IMG/VR virus record: IMGVR_UViG_3300027904_000006
From: a virus
Length of the DNA: 64,000 nucleotides
Direction: 5' to 3' (one strand)
Translations under genes and position numbers: made by a program
In this document: positions 1 to 10,259 of the stretch, in pieces
How the letters are laid out: each line of letters opens with the position of its first letter
Numbering within the stretch: the stretch's first letter is position 1
The notes under the pieces: generated by a model
Seen by the model: only the letters and a program-made list of their open reading frames with translations
Told to the model about the DNA's origin: nothing
Databases searched by the model: none

Positions 1-498
1 AAGGACGCGGTCGCCCGGCTGTATCCGGTACATCTTCCTCGGCAGGTTTACGTTGTGGTAATGTTTGCCGTCCGGATCTTCCTCGTGGTCATGCTCGCCC
101 TTACTGTTGTGAATATGGCTCGGCCCGGATATCGGGGGCGATCTGTGCTTCATGTCCCAGTTGGTGTTACCGCTTGGGTTTATCAGTTCGCCCCACCGGT
201 TCCTGCGCTCCGCTGGCTGGCCGTTACGCGTCCAATGCTGGTCTTCCCAGTTGACAGGCTCGCTCTGGCTGTTCCAGCCCTCGTCGTTCCACCTGGTCAT
301 CGTCAGCGGGACAGTCGGGTCATAGCAGACGGAGCGGCATATCACATAGTCGGTGTACGGTATCGAACGCGGGAACTTGTTCGTAACCAGGCTCATGTCG
401 TCCATTATAGTACCGAAATCCAGAATCGGCGGCACGTCGTTATGTGATTTCATGCGCCCGTCAAGTACACGCGCAAGGCGGTTTACGCCCTCACCCAT
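1..498 (-). CDS. XkdR/DUF2577-like baseplate-associated protein (3' end runs off the window)
   Basis: Not in the ORF track. Own translation from ATG at 498 (RBS AAGGGAGG) gives MGEGVNRLARVLDGRMK...LDFGTIMDDMSLVT...IQPGDRVL, open to position 1. Sits directly after the XkdQ-like gene. Confidence 0.65.
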   Translation of the reverse strand, partial: MGEGVNRLARVLDGRMKSHNDVPPILDFGTIMDDMSLVTNKFPRSIPYTDYVICRSVCYDPTVPLTMTRWNDEGWNSQSEPVNWEDQHWTRNGQPAERRNRWGELINPSGNTNWDMKHRSPPISGPSHIHNSKGEHDHEEDPDGKHYHNVNLPRKMYRIQPGDRVL

Positions 499-500
499 GG

Positions 501-1511
501 TTACGCCTCCCTTGCGGCTTGCCTGCTTAATGTCATTTTCATCATGCGGTCCTGGGCGATATGCGTTACGCCCTCCGTGTAGAAAAAGCCTAGCAGGTTG
601 CCCGCCCGCATTTCCACCAGGTCGCCTTTGCGTAAAATAGGCAAGTCCGGCACGTCAACTTGTATGGTTTCCTCCGGCCTGCCGCGCTCCTTAATCAATG
701 TGTTGGCCTCATCCTTGACAGCGGCCAGCTTCTTGTTCGAGTCGCGCCGTATGATTTCCTGCAATACGCCGTACTGCTGGTCGCCCTTGACAATCGCCTC
801 GACCGGCGCCCTGCCGGACTTGTCCTCCTTGCCGATTATCTTTACCTGCGTCACAAGGTTGTTCAGCGTGAATTTGTCGGAGGTCTGGACTGTGTTTTCA
901 AAATCGAACCTGTAGACATCCGTATTCGTGCCGTACCCAGTAATAACAAGGGTGCCGTCCCGGTAGTAGGCGATATACTTCACGCCGGTTCTTATTCTGA
1001 CTTCTTCTAAAAGCGTAAAAATCATATCGCTTATCGTATTCCCGCTGAAAGTCTTTTTCTCGTGGGTCATAGAGAACCCCCATGTATAGCTTACGGATAT
1101 CCCCCATTCGCCGCATATCTTACTGATAATGGCTTTCGTGTCCATCCCTTTCGCGAAATAGAAAAAATCCTTGCTCTGCTGTAAGCGGATAAAGGGGTCG
1201 TAGCACGTCAGGGTAAGCTCTTTCTGTGTGGCGCTTACGTACTGCCATTCCCAGATTGTGCCGTCGAACACTTTTACTTGGTCTGCCGTCCCAAGTTCGG
1301 CAAAAACGTAAACAGGGCAGTTCAGATTCGCAATGTCAATCAACAGCCTGTCGCCTATTTTGCAATTAGCCACGGTTATCGTGGCGCGCTGCGACAGTTC
1401 GCTTATCTGTTCCTCCCATTGCAGGCTGATAAGCACGTTGTCAAGCTGATATAAAGTGCCGTCCGCAGCCATCAAATGGACGTGGTAGTTGACTGACGAC
1501 ATATTAACCAT
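501..1511 (-). CDS. XkdQ/YqbQ-like tail hub (baseplate) protein
   Basis: 336 aa; follows the LysM protein in the canonical Xkd tail order; motifs LNNLVTQVKIIGK, YGVLQEI, GDLVEM. Confidence 0.8.
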   Translation of the reverse strand: MVNMSSVNYHVHLMAADGTLYQLDNVLISLQWEEQISELSQRATITVANCKIGDRLLIDIANLNCPVYVFAELGTADQVKVFDGTIWEWQYVSATQKELTLTCYDPFIRLQQSKDFFYFAKGMDTKAIISKICGEWGISVSYTWGFSMTHEKKTFSGNTISDMIFTLLEEVRIRTGVKYIAYYRDGTLVITGYGTNTDVYRFDFENTVQTSDKFTLNNLVTQVKIIGKEDKSGRAPVEAIVKGDQQYGVLQEIIRRDSNKKLAAVKDEANTLIKERGRPEETIQVDVPDLPILRKGDLVEMRAGNLLGFFYTEGVTHIAQDRMMKMTLSRQAAREA

Positions 1512-1523
1512 ACGCTGCCCCCT

Positions 1524-2384
1524 TTACCTGCGGAACGGATTGTCCGGGCTGATAACCGGCTCTTTGCCTGTGCCGTACAGTGAGCCGCCAGTGCTTGGGC
1601 CTTTCCCGCCTGGGCCGCTTGCCCCGGTTGTCTTGTTGGCCTTTGTCTCGGAGGCGTTCGCCGGAGGTGCGTTCTGCGCCGGGCCGGGGATAACAAAGAC
1701 CTGGCCGGGGTATATCATTTCCCGGTCGGCGCCGGGATAGAACTTGCCGGTCGCCGGGTCGATGTTGGCGGCGTCGATTATGTTTTTGTTGGCCTCGTAT
1801 ATCTCCATGTACCGCTTGCCGTCCCCCAGCATTTTCTGGGCGATAGTCCAGAGGTCGTCACCGGCTTTCACGGTGTACGACTGCGCGCCCGGAGGCGCGG
1901 GCCTTGCCAATCCGGAGGTTTCGTCGCCGCTTTTCTTGATAGTCAAATCAATGGCGTGAAGCAAGGTCAGCGAATACGTATAGTCCCCCATGCCATGCCT
2001 GTACTTCATGTCATAGGTTTCGATATATACGTCGTGGTTTATCGGTGTTTCAGTAACCATAAGCCTCAGCTTTATCCCGTCGCGCTGGTATATGCTCCAC
2101 AGGACTTGCTGCTGTTTCGGGTCTTTCCATTCGCTCCCGTACGGGGCCTCGGTGCTTCTGGTTATGTACGGCTCGAACCTGCGCTTTTCGCCCGGCAGTA
2201 TGCCGTTCCACGCGAACCCTGTAAGGTCGCGCCCGGTCGGTATTTTGATTGTGCCTATCTTGAGGATCGTGTACGTGGCGAATAGCCCGCCGGTCATGAC
2301 AGTTATTTCTTCCGGGAGCATTGGGAACACAAGCCTGTCAGGCGGTGAGGACTGCCCCGGCAGGACTGTCATCTGTATTTCCAT
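1524..2384 (-). CDS. LysM-domain tail tube initiator (XkdP-like)
   Basis: LysM motif YTVKAGDDLWTIAQKMLGDGKRYMEIYEAN...IYPGQVFVIP; N-terminal FPMLPEEITV; directly downstream of the tape measure gene. Confidence 0.88.
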   Translation of the reverse strand: MEIQMTVLPGQSSPPDRLVFPMLPEEITVMTGGLFATYTILKIGTIKIPTGRDLTGFAWNGILPGEKRRFEPYITRSTEAPYGSEWKDPKQQQVLWSIYQRDGIKLRLMVTETPINHDVYIETYDMKYRHGMGDYTYSLTLLHAIDLTIKKSGDETSGLARPAPPGAQSYTVKAGDDLWTIAQKMLGDGKRYMEIYEANKNIIDAANIDPATGKFYPGADREMIYPGQVFVIPGPAQNAPPANASETKANKTTGASGPGGKGPSTGGSLYGTGKEPVISPDNPFRR

Positions 2385-5300
2385 CAGAACACCTCACCTA
2401 CCGTTTTCGGGGTATTCGCGAAAGACTGCTGTATCGACATGGACAGGTCGTATGCTATCTGGTCGGTTAGTTCTTTTATGCCGGACTTGATATTGTTGAT
2501 TACGCTGTCAGGGCTTCCTCCGTCCACCTTTATTTCAAACGAGACGCTTTCAATCGTCACCGGGACGGATGGGCTGGGCGCGGCCGCCATTTCGGTAGAA
2601 ACAGGCGAATACGGCTTTGAGCCAACGCCTAGCATTTCCCCGGCTTTCTGCCATAAGGACAAGCCGCGGCTGCGGTCGGTAAGAGGGATTACCGCTTCCG
2701 CGCCGTCCTCGGCAAACAGCCCTATCTGCGGCCTTGTAAATATGCCGCCTGTGGCAAAGCCTGGCGGCTGGGGCGCCTGGCCACCGATTATCGGAATCCC
2801 GGTACTTGGCATACCTACTGGCCGCTCAAATTCGACTGGGATTTTTACCGGGTTCGCGGTCGCCTCTTTTTGTATCTCGCCCATCAAAGTCCTTAGTTTC
2901 GTAATTGCCACATTTTTGTCGAATTGCAAGCTGTCCACGAAATTCTTCGACATTGCTTCGGCGGCTGGGGTAAGAAGCGTGCCAAGTTGGCCGGCCAGTT
3001 CCGTTTCATTGCCCAAGCCAAGCGCGGTTGCCCAATCTTCCGGCCCCCAAACAGATATATCAATCCCTCCGGCAAACACGGTCGCCAAAAACTGCTGTAT
3101 CCTGCTTTGCAAATCGCCCGTGCCTTCCGGTAGGATTAAGTCTGCGACATCAGGGAATCTCTCAGCTATTTGGCTTGTCACGAATTCAGCCGGCTGCATA
3201 TCTATCTTTTGGACTTTATCTTGGTAAGCCTGAGTCATTTTCGCCACGGCGCCTTCATAATCAAACCCTTCGCCGAATTGCAAACTCATAAGCTTTGCAT
3301 ACTGTAGCCCCGACTTCAACTGCTCATCGGCGGCGGCCCTGGCATCCTCCATCGACCTGGGCAGTTCTTTCATCAAAGCGACAAATGAGGCCGTGTCCAT
3401 CTCGCCGCCGCCAAACTTGGCGGTAATGAACTCCGTCCCGACGTCTTCCGCTTGCTTGAATATCGCCAACTGGTCTTGGTACTCACGATACAGATCGCTA
3501 ATCTGCGTCTGCTTTTCTTCCGGGGTAAGCTTCATGTTTTTAAATACGTCCTGCATTTGCTTTTCAATGGGGCCAAGCTTGTTTGCAATGTTCCAGAACG
3601 CGTTGTCAGTCCATTGACCAAGCTGGCCGCCCAATTCGTCGCCCAATAGCAGCCTGAATGCAAAATCGGCCTCAAAATGCTTGTTCTCAAGCATTTGGCG
3701 CGTGTCCTCGAACAGCTTCGACATGGTATCTTTATAGTTTTCCATTTCGTCGTCAGACCAAGTGAATCCCCTGGTCAGCTTCCAGTTCAGCTTTTCCAGG
3801 CTGTAAGCGGCGCTTTCCATGTCGGACAGGCTTCGCCTGACATCGTTCGTCGCCGTAGCGAACGCTTTCAAGCTTTCTGCGGAATCGCTGAAAGTCAGTT
3901 CCCTAGCCATTGCGGATATTTCGTCCAAGGAGAACGCTATGTCGCCGAAACGGGCGTTTAGGTTGTCCATGACTACCCGTTGGAACATCCTGCCGAATTG
4001 CTCCGCAGACACGTTGACGTCCGCAATCGCCGCCTTTAGCTCATGCGACGAATACTTGGCCTGCTGTTGCGCTATAAGCATGGCGGCCTCAACCGCTTTC
4101 TGCTCTTCCAGGAATTTAGCCCTTTGCTCTTCAAACTTTTTCATAGTCCGTTCAGCCATGAAGTTCCCGAACGCCGCGCCCAGCCCCAGGCCAAGCCCGG
4201 CGCCTACGCCCGCCCCGGCAATGCCGCCTATCACGCCGCCCGCGATAGTCCCGCCCGCGCGCCACGCGGCGGCTTTGCGTAAAGCCCTCTGGTATTCCTC
4301 GTCATTCGTTTTGTTGGACTCTATAAGCTCGTTAATACCTTTGTAAATCGTCGACGCGCCCATGACGGCGCCCGCGGCTGGTATAGCCACCCTTGCCAGG
4401 GGAAGCAAAGCGGAACCCGCCCCGGCCATTGCGCCGCCCGCGCCGAACAACTGCTTCATTGAAGCGGCGGTCTGCAAGCCGCCGCTGATTGCCGGCAATG
4501 CCTTTGAGCCAAGGAACAGCGCGGTTATTATCGGGTGGGCTTTCGCAAAGCCTACCATCGCGTCCCATATGGCTTTCATGACTTTTTCGGCGTCGAACCC
4601 TTCGACGAACCCTTCGGCGAAAGACTTGCCTATTCCGACAGCCTCGTTGGCGGCCTCATTTGTTTCAATGCCAAGCAGGCCCATTATCCCGCTTTTAAGG
4701 CCCGTCCCTATGCCTTTCCCTATGGACTGAGCTTTCTCCGCAAGCCACGCCTTGCCCGTACCCTGCCACCATTTGTCAAACGGCTGCGCTATTATCTCAT
4801 CCCAGAGTATGCCTATCTTACCGAACAGGCTGGCGTCCCTGAAATCCGTCCTGCCCGTTATCTCGGATAGTTTAGCGGAAAGCCGGTCGATATTCTCAAA
4901 CGCCGCGTCAATCATCCTGCTTATCCCAGGTATCGCGTTTTCAAACAGCCTGTTCAGGCTTGACGCGCCGCTTTCAAGCAGCCTGCCAACGGACGGTATT
5001 TTCTCATGCAGCATTTTAAAAAAATTCAAAGTGGCTGGTTCCAGCCTGTTGCCGATAATCGCTAATATGTCAACCCAGTCGTTTTTCAACTGCGCGATTT
5101 TCCCCAGGGGTGTTTCGGTCATTGCCTTGGCAAGCCCTTCCCACGACTGCCCTATTACTTCCTGCAATACCGCTACTTTTTGCAAATCGGTCGTTTTAAT
5201 CGACTTGAGTATTTTTTCCTGTTCGTCAGTGAACCCAAAGCCTTTTTTCTTCAGTCCGTCGAAAGCGGCGTCCTCGGCGTTTAGGGCTTTGCCTAGCTGG

Positions 5301-5959
5301 GTAGCCAGGTCGGTCATTTGGGACTCGGTAACTTCAAGCCCCCCGGTCATGCCTGCCGCGTAATCGGCCATGACCCCCATCATTTGCTTTATCGCGTCCA
5401 CGTCCGATATGTACGTGGCGAACTCGGCGGCCGCGGCGGTCATTGCCGTACCGCTGTACATAGTCTGCGCCTGCATATTTGCCGCGTGCCTTAAAACGGC
5501 GGCGTTGCCCGCCGCGCCCACGCCCTGGTTGTTCAAGACAGTCCTCAGCTGCGTTTCATAACGCGCCTGGGTGGCGTTGGTATCCAGCGCGTTTTTTATC
5601 GTCAGGCCGCCCAAGACAGCCGACGCTATCCCCGTAATGCCTATCAGATCGCCTATCCTTGAAATCATGCCCCGTATCGGGGCCGTCACCCGGTCTATTA
5701 CTGAAATGGTAACGTTCCAGGCCTTGCCTATCAGCTTCCTGCCGGTACTCATAATGCCGTTTATTATCTTGCTGGCCTTGTCTATTGCGGTTATCGCTAT
5801 TTCAAGCTTGCTTTTTTTCTTCATCCGGTTCATTGAATCTTCGGCGCGCCTGATGTTTTGCTCAAGCCTGCTTATATTCAGAATCGCGCTCTGGGAGCCT
5901 GCCTGTGTCTGGTCTACGGCGTTGATTATGACGTCTATTACAGTCGTGGTGTCGGCCAT
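2384..5959 (-). CDS. Tape measure protein
   Basis: 1191 aa, Ala/Gly-rich and helical; C-terminal FATGGIFTRPQIGLFAEDGAEAVIPL motif; lies after the tail chaperones. Confidence 0.92.
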   Translation of the reverse strand: MADTTTVIDVIINAVDQTQAGSQSAILNISRLEQNIRRAEDSMNRMKKKSKLEIAITAIDKASKIINGIMSTGRKLIGKAWNVTISVIDRVTAPIRGMISRIGDLIGITGIASAVLGGLTIKNALDTNATQARYETQLRTVLNNQGVGAAGNAAVLRHAANMQAQTMYSGTAMTAAAAEFATYISDVDAIKQMMGVMADYAAGMTGGLEVTESQMTDLATQLGKALNAEDAAFDGLKKKGFGFTDEQEKILKSIKTTDLQKVAVLQEVIGQSWEGLAKAMTETPLGKIAQLKNDWVDILAIIGNRLEPATLNFFKMLHEKIPSVGRLLESGASSLNRLFENAIPGISRMIDAAFENIDRLSAKLSEITGRTDFRDASLFGKIGILWDEIIAQPFDKWWQGTGKAWLAEKAQSIGKGIGTGLKSGIMGLLGIETNEAANEAVGIGKSFAEGFVEGFDAEKVMKAIWDAMVGFAKAHPIITALFLGSKALPAISGGLQTAASMKQLFGAGGAMAGAGSALLPLARVAIPAAGAVMGASTIYKGINELIESNKTNDEEYQRALRKAAAWRAGGTIAGGVIGGIAGAGVGAGLGLGLGAAFGNFMAERTMKKFEEQRAKFLEEQKAVEAAMLIAQQQAKYSSHELKAAIADVNVSAEQFGRMFQRVVMDNLNARFGDIAFSLDEISAMARELTFSDSAESLKAFATATNDVRRSLSDMESAAYSLEKLNWKLTRGFTWSDDEMENYKDTMSKLFEDTRQMLENKHFEADFAFRLLLGDELGGQLGQWTDNAFWNIANKLGPIEKQMQDVFKNMKLTPEEKQTQISDLYREYQDQLAIFKQAEDVGTEFITAKFGGGEMDTASFVALMKELPRSMEDARAAADEQLKSGLQYAKLMSLQFGEGFDYEGAVAKMTQAYQDKVQKIDMQPAEFVTSQIAERFPDVADLILPEGTGDLQSRIQQFLATVFAGGIDISVWGPEDWATALGLGNETELAGQLGTLLTPAAEAMSKNFVDSLQFDKNVAITKLRTLMGEIQKEATANPVKIPVEFERPVGMPSTGIPIIGGQAPQPPGFATGGIFTRPQIGLFAEDGAEAVIPLTDRSRGLSLWQKAGEMLGVGSKPYSPVSTEMAAAPSPSVPVTIESVSFEIKVDGGSPDSVINNIKSGIKELTDQIAYDLSMSIQQSFANTPKTVGEVF

Positions 5960-5979
5960 GTTTTACCCCTTTACATAAA

Positions 5980-6005
5980 CGGCACGTTGGGTTTCCAACG
6001 TGCCG
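5980..6005 (-). terminator. 11-bp stem hairpin between the chaperone extension and the tape measure gene
   Basis: CGGCACGTTGG-GTTT-CCAACGTGCCG; only a short U-run follows on the minus strand. Confidence 0.4.
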
Positions 6006-6012
6006 AACACGA

Positions 6013-6204
6013 TTATTTTTTCTTTATGCCGAAATTCAAAGCCGGGGGCAGCTTGTTTTCCCGTTCAATGCCCCACAATGCCGCCGCCATGCACAATGCG
6101 CGTTCGCCTGGCGGGAGGGATATTATTTCGGACGGAAGCTTGCCCGTATGAATGAATATCCATGCAAGCAGCGTCGTCCTCCCGCCCGCGCGAATCAGTT
6201 TCCC
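6013..6204 (-). CDS. -1 frameshift extension of the tail assembly chaperone (GT-type product)
   Basis: Slippery heptamer G GGA AAC (plus-strand 6198-6204) immediately before the chaperone stop. The -1 frame reads GKLIRAGGRTTLLAWIFIHTGKLPSEIISLPPGERALCMAAALWGIERENK...KKK* to TAA at 6013. Confidence 0.8.
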   Translation of the reverse strand, partial: GKLIRAGGRTTLLAWIFIHTGKLPSEIISLPPGERALCMAAALWGIERENKLPPALNFGIKKK

Positions 6205-6689
6205 GCGCTCTCGTTCAGGTCGTCGTCGAACCCGCTTATCTCGTCTATAACGTCAATCAGGCGGCTCTTTTCGCCGGCAAGCAGGACGCGGTCTATCATA
6301 TCCACGCCCTGGAATATCTGGAACGCGGTCTGGGCCTGCCTGTTGTCCCATATTTTCAGCCTGTCTTCTTCGACCGTGGCCGTGTATATGAGGTGCGAGC
6401 GGAACAGGGAGGTATTGGTTTCGATAGCCTTCCTCGGCTGCCCCGGCTTGTAAGGGGCAAACTTCGTGGCCTTGCGCCAGCATTCCTGCGACTCGTCCTC
6501 AGAGATTGGCCGCAAGCGGAACTCAAGCCGCAATTCGCCCCCGCGTTTGATTTGGATCTTGCGGCTGCCCTCGTTGGCGTCCTTGTCCTTGCCAAGCTGT
6601 AGCAGGCCGTTAAGCAGTTGGTTTTCGTTAAGCAGAATTTCTTCCTGCTCCTGTTCGCGTTCTTCTATCGGGTTGATATATTCGTCCAT
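6195..6689 (-). CDS. Tail assembly chaperone (XkdN-like)
   Basis: 164 aa between tube and tape measure genes; VLLAGEKSRLIDVIDEISGF motif. Confidence 0.85.
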   Translation of the reverse strand: MDEYINPIEEREQEQEEILLNENQLLNGLLQLGKDKDANEGSRKIQIKRGGELRLEFRLRPISEDESQECWRKATKFAPYKPGQPRKAIETNTSLFRSHLIYTATVEEDRLKIWDNRQAQTAFQIFQGVDMIDRVLLAGEKSRLIDVIDEISGFDDDLNESAGN

Positions 6690-7204
6690 TACGCGCCCCC
6701 ATACAAGTCGGACGCCAGGCCGCTTATGCCGGTAAACCGCTTAATCATGTCCGGGGAGGCGTTGCAGCGGAAGCTCCATGCGCGTTTGACAAGTTCGCCC
6801 GGCGACAGGTTTTGAATGTCAACCGTACCGTCCGGCACGCACCAATTATAGACTATCCGTTCGCTTTGCCCGTCGCGCCGCCTCAATACCCCGACAAAAT
6901 TATATCCAGGGAAATAGCCCTGCTTAATATCGTCTATCAGTTCGCCAAGCATAACGTCGTCGCGTACTACCACTTCGCTGAGGGTCAGGGCAATGCTGTA
7001 TCCGGTGTTGACCGAGTATATCAACGCGCTCCCTACGGGCTGGTAGTCCTGGTTCACAGGGGAAAGCTGCGCCTGGAACGTGTCGCACTCAGCCAGGAAG
7101 ATATTCTGCCCGGTCGTGCGCGTCGTTACAAATAGCTGGCCGTCCTTGCCTGATATAATCTGACGGACATCAAGTATGCTTTGGTCGTTTAATCCATTTA
7201 ACAT
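6689..7204 (-). CDS. Tail tube protein (XkdM-like)
   Basis: 171 aa after the sheath gene; ISGKDGQLFV, VPDGTVDIQNLSPGELVKRAWSF. Confidence 0.85.
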   Translation of the reverse strand: MLNGLNDQSILDVRQIISGKDGQLFVTTRTTGQNIFLAECDTFQAQLSPVNQDYQPVGSALIYSVNTGYSIALTLSEVVVRDDVMLGELIDDIKQGYFPGYNFVGVLRRRDGQSERIVYNWCVPDGTVDIQNLSPGELVKRAWSFRCNASPDMIKRFTGISGLASDLYGGA

Positions 7205-7218
7205 CTACGTTACCTCCT

Positions 7219-8664
7219 TTACGACGCGTCCGGGCTAAAGCGGAAGCGGAATGTAAAGTACAATTTCTCCAGGGAATCAATATCGTCGGCGTACACGACG
7301 AACCACGCGGAATCGCCTTCCGGGGTAAAGTCGGGGTCAACTATGCAATGGGCGCCGGGCAGGAGTTTCCGTTCAGCGACCATGACGTTGCAGACGTTGT
7401 TCGACGCCTGCACGACGTTCATGCGCCCGTCGTCGTCGTTGTTTATGCGCCCGACAAGCAGTTCCACCGTGTCGGTAATACGTTGCATAAGCTCGAACCG
7501 CACCTTGACGCGCTTGATTTTCTTCCAGCCCGCGTCGTCGTTCGTGCCGGGGTTGGCAAGCGAGTTTATGCCCTGTTCGACCCACACCAGGTCAGACGCG
7601 CTCTTTGAAAACGTCAGCATACCCGCCATAATCGCGCGTTCGTACTGGTTGTTCGTAAAAGCTTCCGTCAAGCCTATCGCGCCTGTAACCGGCAGGTGGG
7701 TAATGCTTTCGCTGGACGGCGTGCCCGCAATCATGCCGGATATGCGCGCCGCCGACAGGTAGCCCTCATTGTCGTTGCCAAGCATGTCGGTATAGCCGTG
7801 GCCCACATACACAACCTGGTAATCGTTGAACGCGGAGGCTTGCGCCAGCCGGGTATCAAAGTCCACACTTCTGCCCTGCCCGATAACGCCCATGACGAAC
7901 TTGCCGCCGCTGTACGCGCGGTTAAGGTACATCTGCACCATAAGCTGTACAGCCTTGTCGGTCGTGTCAATCGCCAGCACGTTCCAGCGGTAAGGCTCCA
8001 GGGCCTCAAGCGCGTTCGTATAGTCGGCGACAATCGGGGCTGGCGGGTTTGTGCCTGGCGGGATGGTTACCTGGTCGATGGCGGGTATCGGGTCAGTTGA
8101 CGCCGTGGCCGCGGTCAGCGTGAAAAACGCGCTCCTACGCGCCGCCGCCGCGTCAAGCAGCGCCTGGACCATGTTATAGCCGGCAGGCGGGGTAGCCGGG
8201 GTGAAGAACGTCAGCCGCTCCAGAAGCGTCGTCCCGTCAAGCAGCAACAGCTCGCTCACATCCGGGTTTTCCAGCGTCGGCCTGATGGTTAGGCTGAACT
8301 GGCGGTTTCCGGGGTACAGCATTCTAAGCGTGATTACGGCCACGCTTTGGTCGTCGCGGATTTGATATACGCCGGCTGTGCCGCCCGTGCCAATCCGCAC
8401 GGCATAAACAGACCTTGCCCCGCCCCTGAATTGCTCCAAGAGAACGTTGGTCGTCCCGTTAGGGCCGCCGTTGCCGAACATCCTTGTTATATCCATGAAC
8501 GATTCAAGCAGTACGGCTTCGCCAACCGGCCCCCAGTTTGACCTAAACACCGCCGCGCACCTGCCGTCATCCGCGCCGGCAACTGGGGGGGTCCCGATAT
8601 TTTCATAGCGGAAATATACGCCGGGGCGTATCTTCCGTTCTCCGATGGTAAAAAAAGCAGCCAA
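7219..8664 (-). CDS. Tail sheath protein (XkdK-like)
   Basis: 481 aa; KIRPGVYFRYEN, NWGPVGE, GWKKIKRVK, DSLEKLYFTF motifs typical of contractile sheaths. Confidence 0.93.
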   Translation of the reverse strand: MAAFFTIGERKIRPGVYFRYENIGTPPVAGADDGRCAAVFRSNWGPVGEAVLLESFMDITRMFGNGGPNGTTNVLLEQFRGGARSVYAVRIGTGGTAGVYQIRDDQSVAVITLRMLYPGNRQFSLTIRPTLENPDVSELLLLDGTTLLERLTFFTPATPPAGYNMVQALLDAAAARRSAFFTLTAATASTDPIPAIDQVTIPPGTNPPAPIVADYTNALEALEPYRWNVLAIDTTDKAVQLMVQMYLNRAYSGGKFVMGVIGQGRSVDFDTRLAQASAFNDYQVVYVGHGYTDMLGNDNEGYLSAARISGMIAGTPSSESITHLPVTGAIGLTEAFTNNQYERAIMAGMLTFSKSASDLVWVEQGINSLANPGTNDDAGWKKIKRVKVRFELMQRITDTVELLVGRINNDDDGRMNVVQASNNVCNVMVAERKLLPGAHCIVDPDFTPEGDSAWFVVYADDIDSLEKLYFTFRFRFSPDAS

Positions 8665-8892
8665 TTATCTAACCTCCCGGTTCTTAAACTTCTCCACAAG
8701 CTTTTGCGTTTCTGTCACGGTCGCCTTTGACATCCCGTAATACTTGAGCGCCGCCCCAACGACTTCCGGCATGCAGCCGAACTTAACCCGCGCGGCTTTC
8801 ATAAGCTCGTTGGCGCTATAGGCAGCCTCCGGACTATCTGGCGTTGCCGTGGGGACGCTAGGCTTCTTTTGGACGGTTGTATCTTCGGTCAT
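8665..8892 (-). CDS. Small conserved tail-module protein
   Basis: 75 aa abutting the sheath start; FGCMPEVVGAAL...VEKFKNREV. Confidence 0.6.
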   Translation of the reverse strand: MTEDTTVQKKPSVPTATPDSPEAAYSANELMKAARVKFGCMPEVVGAALKYYGMSKATVTETQKLVEKFKNREVR

Positions 8893-9844
8893 ACCTAACC
8901 TCCATATTCAAATTTGGGTATATTGCGTTATTTAGCGGTATTTGCGCCGTTTCCTTCCTGTGCTGCGCAAGCACCCCGAACCGCCCCGTAAGCACAATCT
9001 GGCCCTCGCGTTCCGGGTCGGCGCTGTGCCGGATGACAATCCTTTGCGCCAGCATGGGGGAGCCGTCAGGCAAGATGACCTCACCGGCAAGCTGAACCTT
9101 TTCCACAATCGCCTTAATCCAGCGGTTGCGCTCCAAAACGGTTTCCGCAATCACATGCGCGGCAAACTGGCCGTTATACCAGTTGACGGCGTAAGTCTGC
9201 CTGTTATCCGCTTCCATGCCGATGTAGCGCCAGTACAGGGCCGGGTGTTCGTCCGTTGGCCTCCATATGTCGGGTAGCTGATATCTTCCGGCTATGACCG
9301 TGACATCCGGGAAATACCTGTACGTCCACGTATTCAAGCCCTCAACCGGGTCTGGGTCAGTCGTTATTTGCGGCGGGAATTCGGTCAGGTCAAACGTGAC
9401 CGTTACCCCGAACACCTCCGGCTCCCCGGACATGGTAGGCACACTTGTGGCGAACGCGTCCGAACGGTTCCAGACAGCGCATGTCGTCAACTGATATCCG
9501 ACTGGTTCGCCAGGTACGCTGTAATACGGGACGCTGTAAAACGTGCCGTTCATAAGCGCCAGGAGGCGTTTTTCTATGTCTTCCGGCATGTATTTACTTT
9601 CGCTCGTACACCAGACGTTTACCGTCAGCGTACCGCTCGTCCTATGCTCCGGGTCGTAGCGCATGTCCAGGTTGTAGTCTATGCGCGGGAAGCAGGGCTT
9701 CACCCAGCCTATGTCCGTGTCGGGCGGCGCTTTCTGGTAGAATACCGCTGGATGCGCGGGCGACTTTCCGGGATCATAAACTGCCAACATCCCCGACATA
9801 AGCGTGTCATGGCGCAACTGCTCTTTTAATAGCCCGTCAAGCAC
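8858..9844 (-). CDS. Tail completion/terminator-like protein
   Basis: 328 aa in the neck region; HPAVFYQKAP, FPRIDY, TLTVNVWC; assignment mainly by synteny. Confidence 0.6.
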   Translation of the reverse strand: MLDGLLKEQLRHDTLMSGMLAVYDPGKSPAHPAVFYQKAPPDTDIGWVKPCFPRIDYNLDMRYDPEHRTSGTLTVNVWCTSESKYMPEDIEKRLLALMNGTFYSVPYYSVPGEPVGYQLTTCAVWNRSDAFATSVPTMSGEPEVFGVTVTFDLTEFPPQITTDPDPVEGLNTWTYRYFPDVTVIAGRYQLPDIWRPTDEHPALYWRYIGMEADNRQTYAVNWYNGQFAAHVIAETVLERNRWIKAIVEKVQLAGEVILPDGSPMLAQRIVIRHSADPEREGQIVLTGRFGVLAQHRKETAQIPLNNAIYPNLNMEVRYDRRYNRPKEA

Positions 9845-10118
9845 TGAACCCAGCGCCGGGCTCGACGTTGATTGTCACCAGGTCAGACGACCACCTGATT
9901 TCCCAGACCCCGACCGCTACGTCAACCGCCATGATTTGCAGAAAGCTCGTGGCGTTGTTCTGCACGTTGGCGAATAATATCTCTATCATTGGCTCCGTCA
10001 CCCTTGTAACGAACCCGTTTCTGAACACGGTATCACCAGCACGCCTGACGCGGACTAAATCGCCGCGCTTGATGGACGTCTGGTCAAATACCTGTATATT
10101 CCTGTCTGCTATAAGCAT
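9837..10118 (-). CDS. Hypothetical protein
   Basis: 93 aa, stop overlaps the next start; RBS GGAGATGG. Confidence 0.6.
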   Translation of the reverse strand: MLIADRNIQVFDQTSIKRGDLVRVRRAGDTVFRNGFVTRVTEPMIEILFANVQNNATSFLQIMAVDVAVGVWEIRWSSDLVTINVEPGAGFSA

Positions 10119-10259
10119 ATTTCCATCTCCTCCGAATAACTGGACAATCGTCCAGGCCGGTCAAGTTGCCGGCAAATTAAAAAACGGCTTAAATAAGCCA
10201 TTTATATTCATAAAGAAGCCTTTCAGTCAAATAACCGGCAAATTAAAATTCATCCTTTC

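Noticed and set aside
10168-10250. CCGGCAAATTAAAA direct repeat (two copies)
   Set aside because: Only two short copies in an AT-rich spacer; no further support for a function.
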